DNA of 63,940 nt, filler included, from Bigelowiella natans CCMP2755 (taxonomy: Eukaryota; Protista; Cercozoa): the NCBI GenBank assembly GCA_000320545.1. It is 5 parts of 5 records of this genome, joined end to end, with 100 filler letters (N's around TTAATTAATTAA, not from the genome) between each part and the next. Parts side by side here need not be neighbours in the genome. Positions count along the whole stretch, not along the records: positions 1 to 17,028 come from ADNK01000508.1; positions 17,129 to 37,459 come from ADNK01002955.1; 3 more parts are not named here. The stretch is one strand, 5' to 3'. Of this stretch, positions 14,729-27,640 are shown piece by piece. Under the pieces are notes generated by a model. The model searched no databases and was not told the DNA's origin. It saw nothing but the letters and a program-made list of their open reading frames with translations. Position 1 is the stretch's first letter, and each line of letters begins with the position of its first letter. The position numbers and the translations under genes are program-made.

Positions 14729-14862
14729 TATATATGTTTTGTATCTGTGCGTGATATAATGGAAGGCATTAACACACATACATAGATAATCGAGGAGCAC
14801 TACAAAGGAGTGGGAAACATCATTCTCGCCCACCACAAATTTATGTTATCACAAATATTATA

Positions 14863-14899
<37 letters not shown>

Positions 14900-16103
14900 C
14901 ATAACGCCGAATCATCATCAAAGCCTTGCACCCCGTAAGTCTCGCAAAGTATAACACACAATCTCGGTCGGTCGGTCGTCTGACTCACGTTTTCGTTCAG
15001 CCATGTCTTCAGTGGAGAAAAGTTGCCTTTAGCAATTTGCTCCTCCAGATCTAAGGATTCGGGTGATGGTGGTGATGATGATGATGATGACGATGATGAT
15101 GACGATGATGATGATAAAACGGTGAATGTAGGCATAGACTGGCAAAGAAGGACTATCGTGAATTATCACTGGAGGATACACACACACACACACACTCAAG
15201 CAAACAACTACACACACTCGCGCGCTGGAACGCATACGTACATATACCTTTACATATACATACACATACATGCAAATATACACACATGCATGCGCCGCAA
15301 CCTGGAATAGCTTTCTTCGCAGCCTCGTAGAATTGAGCGGCCATCATTGCACCCAAGCTGCGTGGATGTTGTATGAATATTGACGGCATTATTATTATTA
15401 TCATTATTACTTCCCCAAGCTCCACTTAAAAATATACATACACACTATACGCACGGATATGTTGTTGTCATGCGTTGTTTGTTGTGAGATTGAGTGATTG
15501 CTTTCATTGCTGTCTCTGATCAAGATGAAGGCTCCCACACTGCCCAAGTTAATACAACCTATAGGACGGGAAATAGCCAATGGCTCCCACACTCCAGTGC
15601 ACGTCCTAGAGCCACACATCCATAGCAGGGGGGGGGGTTGGAGTGGAATAAATGACAAATTCAAGTAGTCAGATTCTTTAGTAAGAGAGCGAAGAAAAAA
15701 ATGGCCAACGAGGGCAAAGAAAGACAGCTTCATTAGTGCGTTTTTCCGTACAAAGATCGTTAACTATGGATACCACACTATCCCCTCCCCCCCCCGCCTT
15801 CTTTCTCTTTTCTATCGTCCCTCTTCGAGAATGATTCACCTGCAGGCAGCCCATGGCGTTGGAGGGGACATCAATATCGAGCGATTCTTTCATCTCTGCA
15901 TTCCATTTACTAGGCAGCTCTGCTACGGTTGTTTCCCCCTCGAGCATTGCCTGTGAGGTAGTAGTAGTAGTAGTAGTAGTAGCAGCACCACCGACGGCAG
16001 CAGCACCAGCATTGTAATGTAGGGAAGGGGGGTTAGTGGAGATAAGAAACACATGGCGTTGTTTTATAGGAAGACTAGATCAACACTATCTTTGTCATTC
16101 ATC

Positions 16104-16135
<32 letters not shown>

Positions 16136-17002
16136 GGTATCCCGCAGTCATTGCAAATTCTACGGATTCTCACAGATAAATCATGCGCTAGTGGACAAAG
16201 AAAGGTCGTCTCAATCATCAGTATCGTGATCTCGTGATCTTGCCTTTTCGAGTCCATATCTTAGCATGATGTGCAGAGGATACGTCAGCTCATCTGCCTC
16301 TGTGCGAATGAGGCTGTAGCAGTAGCAGCAGCAGGGGGAAGAGGAGGAGGAGGAGATGATGGAAGGAATCACGAATATGTGCTGCATAAGTGCATGTATG
16401 GAGCAGTACAAGCGTGTATTAGGAAGACTTCATGTAGCCTATCCTTGCCCCCTTCACCCTCCCCTCCCGTGAAATGGAATGGTAAGGAAAATCAATGTCA
16501 TCCTCATTGCCAAGATCATGGACTCCGCGATGATATCGTATTAATATTTGGAATGAGTTCCTCTCAGTTTGTTTCCTCCTCCTCCTCCTCCTCCTCCTCC
16601 TCCTCCTCCTCTTACCACAACAAAAACCTACTACTACTACTGCAACTACTACCACTACTGCTGCTACTACTACTACTACTACGAACCCTGGCTGAACCCT
16701 ATTTACAGCTCGATAAAACTCCATTGCGTCCACATCCTGATGATGATGAAAAGCAGCCCCAAGAGAGGGGGGAGATATTGAAGGTAGCCATCATATTGTG
16801 TACGGAGGATAAAGTGGGGAGAGCCAAAAGAAAAGAAGAAGAAAGAGATAGAATATCCATAGGAGGGGAAAGGAGGAGGAAGAGGAGGAGGGGTAAACAG
16901 GGGGAGGGAGAGACTGAAGTAGTAAGTTGAGTAGGAACAGTACCTTTAGTGTGCGGAGGACTTGTGGATGAATCGGTGTCGCGTACTGCCAGAAGGGCTT
17001 TT
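14161..17002 (-). CDS. M32 (carboxypeptidase Taq-like) metallocarboxypeptidase, 3' half; 5' part lost at gap
   Basis: Exons 16944-17002, 16687-16736, 16244-16313, 15840-15950, 15559-15605, 15302-15357, 14989-15050, 14503-14577, 14161-14213 give [75 protein letters not shown]. These are the M32 IRxxAD, DxHW and GYFPxY motifs. One GC donor, and one exon is 1 nt short. Confidence 0.9.
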
Positions 17003-17028
17003 CTGATGGATTGAAACTGTTAAAGGAT

Positions 17029-17128
17029 NNNNNNNNNNNNNNNNNNNNNNNNNNNNNNNNNNNNNNNNNNNNTTAATTAATTAANNNNNNNNNNNNNNNN
17101 NNNNNNNNNNNNNNNNNNNNNNNNNNNN
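17029..17128. other. Assembly gap with six-frame-stop linker
   Basis: 44 N + TTAATTAATTAA + 44 N. Confidence 0.98.
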
Positions 17129-17548
17129 CAGATGTTATTTTGCCTGGAAGTATATCATCATGATACCTGTGTTTTAGATATACAATGTCAAGATCCAGCG
17201 GAGGTACCAAGTTCCAAAAGAGTTACGATCGCGGCTCAGCCCAGTAGCTTGAGGAAAAGCGATAGTATCAGTGATACCCCCGGATGATCATCCCAGCAAC
17301 AGCCCCCACCCGACTAACAAATTCAAGGAGGTAAGATATGTCGTCTGGTTCCGATCTGGAGTCAGGATCAGCGTGTAAATCTTTGTATGTTTATAGATCG
17401 AGCTCTATGCAACATAGCGCGAGACAGTGAGAGAGAGAGAGAGAGAGAGGGAAGGAGGAGAGATGAAGGACTCGCACGTAATCAGCGGAGCAACAACGCT
17501 GTCTGAATCCTCTTCCTCCTCCTCCTCATTATCATCATCTCATCATCG

Positions 17549-17739
17549 TTAGCATCCACCTTTGCTATTGTTCTTATTAGTGTGCGATTCCAATTTAGAC
17601 TTGAGAGACTGTAGCGTGTTATCAAGACGATACGCGGTGAGCAGCTCGTCTTTACGCCGAAATTTGATCCCTGAAATCATGCATCCAGCGCAGAAAGTTA
17701 TGATGATGAATAGGGAGTGCTTCGCACACAAACACACGT

Positions 17740-17784
<45 letters not shown>

Positions 17785-18183
17785 AAGAGAGGGAGGGAGG
17801 GAGAGAGAGAGAGCAGATGTGAGGAATATGCGGAGAAGAGACAAGCGACAACGCACCACACGTGGCCTCGACTTCCAGAATTCCGCCTCTTGCACGTGGA
17901 TCGGCATACCTGCAAACGAATGAAACATCATCATTTACTCACTACAAAGCACCATTTTTCAGTTAAAATGAACTAGGACAAAAGCAGTAGTCGCAGCTAT
18001 TTAAAAGGGCTCGTCATTTTTATCATCTATCTATCTTCTCTGTTTTCGTCTCCTCCGCCTCATCCTCCTGCTACTCATCGACTACTCACTCACATCTGCA
18101 TGAAGTATGGATTTATCAAGGAGTCCACCACCACCCACGCTCCACCTGATAGCCGGTGATAACAATGTGTTAGAAAGTAGTGC

Positions 18184-18224
<41 letters not shown>

Positions 18225-18610
18225 CTTAGAATTGGTAGAGGGGGGGGGAGGAGAACAGCCGTAGTAGCATCAACCACCGCAATTGGAAAAATCAATAATG
18301 AGATCGCGCTGGAAGATAACGACGATTTCTATCGAGGAACAGAGGCCGAGTGGGAACACCCCTTTTCCGTGTGTGCAGAGGGGGGGAAGGGGGGGACGGC
18401 ACCTCTTAGCGTTGCGTGGGGGGGGAGGTATACAGAAATAGGCTGCTCGTACGCAACAAGTGCATCGACGATGTAAGAGCCGAACTTGAGCACCTGACGT
18501 CATAATCATAAGATGAGATGGGGTTATAGGTAGTAAACATGATGGTGTGCAGCATCTGTGCATTCATTCATGCCGCCATGCCACAACAACTGCAATTCAC
18601 TGCAAACATC

Positions 18611-18649
<39 letters not shown>

Positions 18650-18693
18650 CTATTACCTGTAAAGCAGCAATATCACGCTACCAAATCATCATT

Positions 18694-18726
<33 letters not shown>

Positions 18727-19054
18727 GTCATCATCAGACCTGATCGAACATATCTCGCATCCCGCCTGAGAAACCACGCCAGTTTGCGAAGATGATGAGC
18801 GGAAGATCCTCGCTGTTCATGTCGCGTATCGCTTGAGCAGTCTTAAAAGCACTATCGGGGTACCATACCTACGCCCATCATCATCATCATCATCATCATC
18901 ATCGGGAACGACAATCAATCAACACAGATCATGATGCAATAACAAACAAGTCAAGAGGAGAGCAGCGAGGAGGGGGTTAATTCAAGCATTCACCTCACGC
19001 ACGAATGTATGCAAGTACGCGGAAACGTTCATGCAGGAAGCCAGCAACAACAAC

Positions 19055-19089
<35 letters not shown>

Positions 19090-22000
19090 CAGCAGCAGCA
19101 CCACCACCACCACCACTACTATTGTTTTTTGGTTGCGTAGTAGTAACCTGGCCAGCCTTGACCGAAACGATCTCTTTAGAGTCTGGCATGGCAGGATCAG
19201 CGGGAAGCACCTCCTCTACCATCTTCGTCGTGACAGCGATAACTCCGACTGGCATCCCGCCAAGCCGCGCCCGACCGCAAATGACAGTCTTTGCCCAGCC
19301 CTCCATGAGTTCCATGAAGGAGCCCTTATCGAAGAAACCGGAGAGCCAGCTCGTAGAGGAGGAGGAGGAGGACGGCTGCTTTGCGTCACCGTCTTTGCTG
19401 CTACTACTTGAAGTGGCCTTCACTTCAAGGCCTTCCATGAGACAACGCGTGTCGTAAGGGCCAGAGGGCGGAACGAACTGAATAGCTCGATCGATCTCGT
19501 CCCCCCCCCCCTTCCCCCGCGGCAGCTGCTGCTGCTGTTCCTGGCTGCCTCGCTGCATCAGCTTTCGCACGCTGTCATCGAGGACGGCGCGCGCGTCGTG
19601 GCGCACACGTGGGACGTAGGAGAGCCAGCGGAGGCACTGCTTGACGCCGTCGAGGTCGTCCTCGCAGGTGAGATGGGTGACCCCGTTCGCGTACATAACG
19701 TCGATCCCTCCTAGCTGGTCGTTTGAGGTGTAGACCCTCTTTCCAAGCAGCTTGTTCAGGGCGAAGTGCCCTGTGAGGAGAATGGGCGCGCCCATTTTGC
19801 GCTGCACCACGCGCTGCCCTAACCGTGCGAGGTAGGCTCCAATACCGACCGACCGCCCGGAACAGTAGGTGAGGGTGAAGATCTCGTTGTACGCGACGGA
19901 GGTCTCGCCAGCTATCAATCCTGAGCCACTGAGGTTCTCCACCCCGAGTCCGTTCTGCTTCCCAATGATATCGAGGATCTTCCAGCGACGGCACTGCTGC
20001 TTCTTCGTCGTGGCGTCGGCGGCGGCTGAGGAGGTCTTCTTCTTCTCCTCCTCCTTGTTGGCGACGACCTCCTCCTCCACGCGTTCTGCTACTACGGAGT
20101 CCTTGAGCAGTTGATAGTCGGTGTCTGACAGGTAGAGGTATGCAGGTCCCTTCGTCACGTCGCCTTGGTTCCACGCCACCCGGAACTTGTACATGACCTC
20201 CTTTGCTAATCCGATGCGTGCGCCCGAGTTAACCGCAAAGTAGAAGCGCGGCAGACCGAGCGCCCTCGCGCGCTTGGACGCCAGGTCAAACAGCACGTCC
20301 TCCAGCACGCCAAACGATCCCGCGGCGACGGAGATATCGTTGGAGATCAAGATGAGTTCTCGTCCATTCGGGTGGAGGGGTGTGCGCAGCGTCAGGTGCC
20401 AGGCCACCATAGCGATGTCGTTTTTCCCAATATCGCGCGTGGTTTCTGCCAGCTCCCAGTTCTCCGCCCCCACGCCCGTGCTTTCTACCCGGCCGTTGGT
20501 GAGCAGCTGGTGCGATTTCTTCTCGTCGTTGCTAGCAGAGGTCCCTCGTTTTGCCTTCTTCGGCACGAGAACCAGTTCCTTTGCAACCAGAAGCTCTGTG
20601 GGAGGCGGCGTGTCATTGGGTTGCTGAGTCGCCCACATGTCCTGAAGGGCCTCCTCGAATAGGGTCAAATAGTCGTAGCAGTACACGGTACCAACACGAC
20701 GCGCAGCTTGGCGCTGTCTTTCATAGGGAAGGGTAACGGGGTACGGCGTGTCGATAGGCTGTCCATCCAGCGGTCCAATGCTGGTCGCGCCAGAGCCACG
20801 ATCACGATCTACCTCCCGGTACTTTCCATGATCGTCCTGCACGTAAGAGTGAATGGAGACGCGGTACCCAGATGGGTTCGTCGCCACGACCAGCAGCTTC
20901 GTTGTCTTCTCGCCGTCACTGCTGGTGGCGCTGGTGCTGTTTTGCTTGCCGTCTAGACGATCGCCGTCCTCGTCGTTATCGAGTAGTAGCGCACAGGAGA
21001 ACTCTACGGCCTGCACGGCTAGCTGCCGGAATATGCGCTTCGAGTGGCGCTCAACCAGCAGCTGAACGTGACGGGCGACCTCCTTCCTTGACACACCGCG
21101 GAGCGGCACGGGGAGAAGCATACCTAGGTTGTTGTTGCGGTACCTAGCCATATCGTTCCCGCACCCGATCTCCAGCGCGGCGATCAGGCTCAAGAACGAC
21201 GCCTCGCCATCCGTAGCGGCGACAGGGCGCGCAGCGGTCGTCGCCGTGGCCGGGGTGGTTTTTTTCTCATCCTCACCTCCTTCTCCCCCTCCCTCGAGGC
21301 TCGGTTTATCGTCGTCTACAGACGAGTTGTCCGCACGAGGCGAAGAGGCCACCGGCGCCTCCGCCTGTGCCGCAGTGTTGTTGTTTCCAATAACGTGCGA
21401 GTCGTTGATGAGGTGCGACCGCGAGAAGTGCTGCACGACGCGGCGGACAAAGAGCCGGCGGCCGTCGTAGCCGTCGCGGCCCGGGCGCGCATTGATGGGG
21501 GTAGCTTCCAGGATCTTCGTCGAGCCGTCAGAGTGAGCGAGTGACACGGAGAAGTGCTTCATCCTCCTCAAGTCGATGTGGGCTGCGAGCAGCGGGCGCA
21601 GGTGACGGATCAGCGTGTCCTCTTTGAACCCATCCGCCGCGCGGAAGGTGAAAAGCCGTTCTTTCATGCCACGGAACGCGACGACGAGGGTCACGCGCAC
21701 GATGCCTGCGCTTAGAAGCGAGGACTGGTTCTTTGCGAGGAAGAGCCTCGCATCTTCAGATGCCTTGTCATCGTCCTTGACGTCTGACTTGAGGATAAGG
21801 TACACAGTTTTCGCGGTGCTTATCACGGCACCACCATCCTCCGCGTTCTCCTCCTCCTCCATAGCCGCATCCCCCGCCGAGGATTTGGGTTTGGGTCGGG
21901 TGGGGGAGGATTTAGGCGAGGAAGGTGTGGAAGAGGCGAAGGGGAAGAGCAGCTTTAAGGCGCCCTTCATCTGCTCTTGATCGGAAAAGAACGCCACAGT

Positions 22001-22554
22001 CGCGGTAACGCGCATGGGAGACCCACAGCCAGCACTGCTAGCTCCAGCGACGCTTCTCCCCATGCTGCTACCACCCCCCCCCCCTTTGCTGCGACAGATA
22101 TCCTCGTAGAGACCGCCCTTGTTTTGCAACTTGGCGGAGCGAAAGCGCGCCAGAAGGAACCCGTATTCCGTCGAGATCTTGACGTCGTCGGCAGCATAGT
22201 CGCTGTGATTGCGCAGAATGTACGCCTCCATAGCCATGCGACGCACGTTGGTCGCACGATGACTCATGCCTAGGAAGGTGGGAGGGAGGGGATTGTTTGA
22301 GAATGACTGGGTCTCATCATTTATTTTACTATGTGCCGCTCTTAACTCCTTGCAAAAGAGGGAGGAGGAGGAGGAGGAGGAGGGTTGGTGAAGAGGGTGG
22401 AGAAGAAAGAGTCGTACTACTACTACTACTACTACTACTATCATGAATATGAAGGTAACATGCAGCTTGCTCGTAGATTGACGATCTAGAAGAATAAGAG
22501 GAGAAATAATAATATACACACTCAATAAATCTCTCTCGCTCTCTCTCTCTCTCT

Positions 22555-22595
<41 letters not shown>

Positions 22596-22807
22596 GTGAG
22601 AGATTACAGTCAACAAGGAGCAGGTTTTCGGTGCCTCCTGGGCGTGTGACTAAAGGTTCCAAGATACGAGATCGGTCAGCAAAGGCCTTCGCATAAAGTG
22701 CCGTTTTCAAAATGGCCTCCATTTCCATCCTGCGCTCTTCAAACGTGGGCTCACGTCCCTCCATCATCACCTACCATTGTCAGCAGTTGTACATAAGGGT
22801 GAGTGCC

Positions 22808-22847
<40 letters not shown>

Positions 22848-24268
22848 TTCACCTACCTTACGAGCCTGAATGGCGACCTTCGTCTGCTCTGGCCCTTCCA
22901 GCGCTGCAAGTTTCCTCAGAATGGGATCAAACTCCCTGAGGAGGGGGCGGAGATTCGCGCACATAATAGCGAAGAGATCCATGACCAACGCAGTGCGGTC
23001 GTGGACTTGGTAGTGACCCCGTGCGAATTCAGCCACGAGTTCAGTTGCATAGCCCTGATGACGTCGGAGGTCTTTGATCACCAGCTCTGGAGCACCGGTG
23101 AAATGTGACTCAACCTGTCTCGGACGATGATGAAAAACAAATCAATCAATCAACCAATCAATTATCAGCGCTCATCATCCAACAACAACAACAACAACAC
23201 CGACGTTATCGTCCAACACCACAAAGCAGAAACCAGCAGTGTGCAAACACGCAGAGAGAGAGGGAGGAGGGGGGGGGGGGAAGTCCCTCCTCCTCCTCAT
23301 AACACTACTTACTACTATCAACACACAGACCGTGTAGTATTGCTCTAGCAGCTCAGTGATGACATGTACAGCGTATGTGTGGTTCCCATCCGCATAGAGA
23401 GACAGAAACTCTGATAGCGGCTGAAGAACGGCCACCAGAGGCCCGACGGTGTCGCTGTTCTTCTCCAGAGCCATGGTAGTTTGGATGACCTCCAGCATCT
23501 CAGGGGCTGGGAACTGCTCGTGCTTTTCCCAGTGAAAGCGATGCGAGGAGAGCGACTTCTTGTAGCGCGTGTTTATGGAGGTCAACGAGCCGACCAGCTT
23601 GGCTGGAAGCTTGGCCGCGATGGTGGAGATGATCGAGTTGAATTGATAGCAGGGGAGGAGCGGGTCGCGCAATGTCCCCATCATCATCTTCACTGCCTCT
23701 TGGCACAACCCCTTCCCTAGCTTATAACCGGAAAGGAGTCGCTTTAGCCGCATCAGGGCGTCCTCGAGCAACACGTTTGGCTTCTGGCCGATGGGGAGGG
23801 GCGGGCCCATCTCTGGGAATTTGCCATCGAAGAGCTTCGCTGTTTGTACGTTGGACGAATCGTCGAGCTCGAGCCGGGCGATAAGGTCACCACCTGGTTG
23901 AGGAGGAGGAGGAGGAGGGGGAGGAGGAGGAGGAGGAGACATGAGAAGAAGAGGGGAAAAGGAAAAGGAATCGAAGATCCTAGGGATGATGCGAGGAAAC
24001 GACGATGGCTCGTCAAGATGAGATCCACACGGCACGCACCTTCAAGCACAGCGCCCTCAGGCTTGCAATGCGTCAACTTCCCATCCTCGGGGGCCACGAG
24101 GGCAATGTACATCTTCATCACCTCCATTTCGGCGAACGCCTTGTTCTTCCGGACGTGGCCGCCGTCCTCAACCGTGTATCGAACGAGCTTTCCCTATGTC
24201 ACATTTATATTTATTTTTATACTATTTTGTGCGTGTTATTTGCGTGAGCGTGTGTGTATGGTGTGTAT

Positions 24269-24305
<37 letters not shown>

Positions 24306-24707
24306 GCTGACGACTACTACTACTACTACTACTGCTGCTACAACTTCTCGATCTTAGGTATTTATGATCTCCTTGTAGTGCTGAGTAGTAGAGTAGTAGG
24401 AGTAGTGGTAGTAGTAGTAGTAGTAGTAGTAGTACCTGCATTTCAGCAATGAGGCGAGTTGGGTCGTACTCTCGTGAAAACATGTACGTTTTGCTATCAA
24501 TGCTCAGACGAAGGCCGTCAGGTTGCTCCCGTCCATACACAATGTATCGCTTCCCATCCATCATGGCCAGGAGGCCCTTATCGGCAAGCTCGTGGACCTT
24601 AAAAACAAGTAGAGGAAAAAGAAGGAGGAGAAGAAGAGACAGAGAGATTAACACAAATACGACCTCAATGTTTCTTCGCCACGTTGTTCTCTTTCCAGGT
24701 CCCCCTT

Positions 24708-24789
<82 letters not shown>

Positions 24790-25120
24790 TTCTTACTTCG
24801 ACGGAAGCGGTCCAGTCCTCAAGACGCAGTTGCACATCAAAGTGCCGCGGTCCACTGCACGTGACAACGGTCTTGTACTTCACACTCTGGTAGATGAGGT
24901 CCACGTTCGTCTCGATGATAGCCTGCAGATCTGTCATCGGAGGGATCTGCCCTCGCTCCAAGCAGTCCATGTAGTTTGTCTGTGCAGCTCTGGATCCTCG
25001 CCAAGCTCGGAACAGCGCTGTTTAATACACCCAGCACGTATAGTTTCAATACGTTTCACGCATTAAGAGCTATTACTACTACTATTGCTCAAATTCGTTA
25101 ACACGTGCATCCAGGAAAAC

Positions 25121-25176
<56 letters not shown>

Positions 25177-26788
25177 TACACCATCCGTACACGCACCTCC
25201 AAGCGTGACGACGACGGGTTCCTGCAACTTTCCTTTGTCAGAGATGATGTTTGAGCGCATGATTCCCTCAAGCCAGTTGGTAGAGACCTGGTTCTCCACA
25301 AAGTCCTTCGTCTCCAGGATGCGCCCGAGGTACTCGACCGTGGTACGGATTTCGCCCTGAATGGTGAGCTCCTTCAGGGCCTGAACCATGTTGCGACGCG
25401 ACTCCTCGCGCGTCTTCCCGGTGGCAAAAAGATGGCCGAATTGCGAGTCGGCGAACTGGTGCACCCCGCCGTTCGACGAGACGGAGAAGTACCCCCACAC
25501 CTGCGGCGTGGAGCGGAAGTTCAGGTGGTGGATGGTCCCGGAGGTCGGCTGGAACTCCATCTCCGGGTTCTCTGCGGTGATCCGGCACGCGATGACGTGC
25601 ATCGGCTGCGTGACAGGGAGCGAGCGATCGAAGTCAATGTCGTCCGTTTGCTCCACAGGCTTCCCGTAGAAGCGTCGGATGTGCGGGATGGAGGCCAGCG
25701 GCAGGCCCATGGCGACCTGCAGCTGAGCGGCCGGGAGATTGACGCCAGATATGAGCTCTGTGACGGGATGCTCCACCTGAAGGCGTGGGTTCAGCTCGAG
25801 GAAGTAGTACTTATGATCCTGCGTGTAGAGATACTCCACCGTCCCAGCCCCAACATAACCAACAGCTTTCGCCAGCCGCACTGCTGCCTGCTCCATCGCC
25901 CTCCAGATCTTCGTTTTGGCTGCGACAACTGGCCCCTCCTCAATGATCTTCTGGTGACGACGCTGGATGGAGCAATCCCGCCCATGGATTGCGATTGCAT
26001 TCCCCCACTCATCGCCGAGGAGCTGCACCTCGAGGTGGCGACAGGTCGGAGCGAGTTTCATGATGAACACCGGGCTACCAGGAACCTCACCGATCACCTG
26101 CCCGAATCTCTCTTTCACCTCTCCCTCCGTGTGGCACATGCGAATCCCCTTCCCACCCCCTCCCTCCGAGGCTTTGATCATCACGGGGAACCCGATCTTC
26201 TGGCACACAGCGACAGCTTCCTTCCAATCGTGCACGCACGCCTGGTCGTAGATATCGCTCGGAATAGCCCCGCCCTGGCTCAGGTCTACCGTTAGTCGCT
26301 CCCCGCTCCATCCGATGCACGATACACCTGCGGTTTGAGCGATGAGTGTTGAACCGATCTTATCACCAAGGGCACGCATAGCTGATGCAGGAGGCCCTAT
26401 CCAGACAATTTGCTGCTTCGAGCCTGCGTTGTGTGCGGAGAGGCCGTCAGGTAGACGCGGGTTCTCTGAGGCATGGCCCCAGCCCGCCCACACAGCATCG
26501 GCCTTCAACCTGCAATAGCAGTGAGGATGAAGGTGGAGATGTTACAGTTGTCGGTTGGATATGTCGTCATGGATTGTATGATCGCACACAATGAAACAGC
26601 TCGGGAACAAGTAGAAACAAAAGGCTGCATTATTTACCTCTGGGCGATGTCGATGATCAAGCTGACATTTGCGTAGTTGTTATTATTTGATCCTCCTGGA
26701 ACATTGACCACTTCGTTCGCCATGTGAATGTACTCAGCATTCACCTGATAGATCATTTCCAGAATGAATTTTAGTAGGAGACTATAGC

Positions 26789-26822
<34 letters not shown>

Positions 26823-27252
26823 CTATTTGTCTTTCTATCTCTTGTCTTTTCCAGTTCGCCACAGCATACCTTAATGTCATCTGGCGTGGCCATGCAGATG
26901 AAATGCAGAATCTTCTCGTCTCCGAACGTTTCATAGGCCTGATGTGAGGACAGAATATACAAGATGTGAATCAGGATCCTACATCTCTACTACTAAACTC
27001 AGTAACTTGGTGGGTATCACGAAGGTAGATTAAACATGAGAGGGAATGGTAGACGGCACAAACCCATTTCTGCATAGATCGGATGCCTTTAACTGCAGCG
27101 ATACCATTGTTCGCTATCAATATGCGACGGATAACACGCTTGCCACCCTTAGCCTTGACATATTTTTCAAGGCTCTCGTAAACTTTCCCTCCTTTTACCT
27201 AACGAAGGCGTGTGGAAGAAAGTCGGTGTGAAATCGGCAGATGACTCTCTTA

Positions 27253-27296
<44 letters not shown>

Positions 27297-27640
27297 ACTC
27301 GTGTCTGTGGGTGCATTTCATAAAAACAAGCATCTATGCACATTCAAGGAGCTCAATAAGAATAAAATAGTACATGAAAGGGAAAGGGGGAAAGTTGGGA
27401 TCGAAAGTAGAGGCGTGATGTGATATGTCGGTGCATCAAAACACCACGTCGTCAACTACCACACAGAAAAAATAAAGAAGCTAAAGAACGTACGTTGCCA
27501 AGCGAGGGCCAGCTTTTCGTCCGGGGAATACCCTGTAAATTAAAATTGTTCGTAAGCTTGGATGCTCGTCCATTTACCTTTACTAATGCGGGGTAGGGGG
27601 TGGGGACCTGGAGCTGCTCGGCTCGCTTGACGGACCCCAT
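17549..27640 (-). CDS. ACC1: Homomeric (eukaryotic-type) acetyl-CoA carboxylase BC-BCCP-central-CT; extreme C-terminus not found before the gap
   Basis: 17 phase-consistent exons: 27494-27640, 27064-27198, 26870-26938, 26638-26744, 25197-26509, 24797-25017, 24436-24597, 24040-24193, 23331-23893, 22857-23114, 22608-22770, 19148-22269, 18740-18868, 18403-18493, 18094-18145, 17857-17909, ~17549-17670. Motifs [45 protein letters not shown], biotin site [37 protein letters not shown]. No signal peptide, so probably cytosolic. Confidence 0.97.

Noticed and set aside
17073-17084. TTAATTAATTAA palindrome repeated four times (piggyBac-like TTAA or regulatory site)
   Set aside because: Always centred in 88 Ns; a synthetic six-frame-stop linker.
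18995-22525. 1176-aa ORF as a standalone carboxyltransferase gene
   Set aside because: Both ends are intronic read-through; the true exon is 19148-22269 of ACC.
25432-26295. 287-aa plus-strand ORF and other ORFs overlapping ACC
   Set aside because: Antisense shadows of GC-rich ACC exons with no independent motifs.
14161-27640. ACC-M32 fusion on the minus strand
   Set aside because: An unsized gap lies between them and both lack the adjoining termini.
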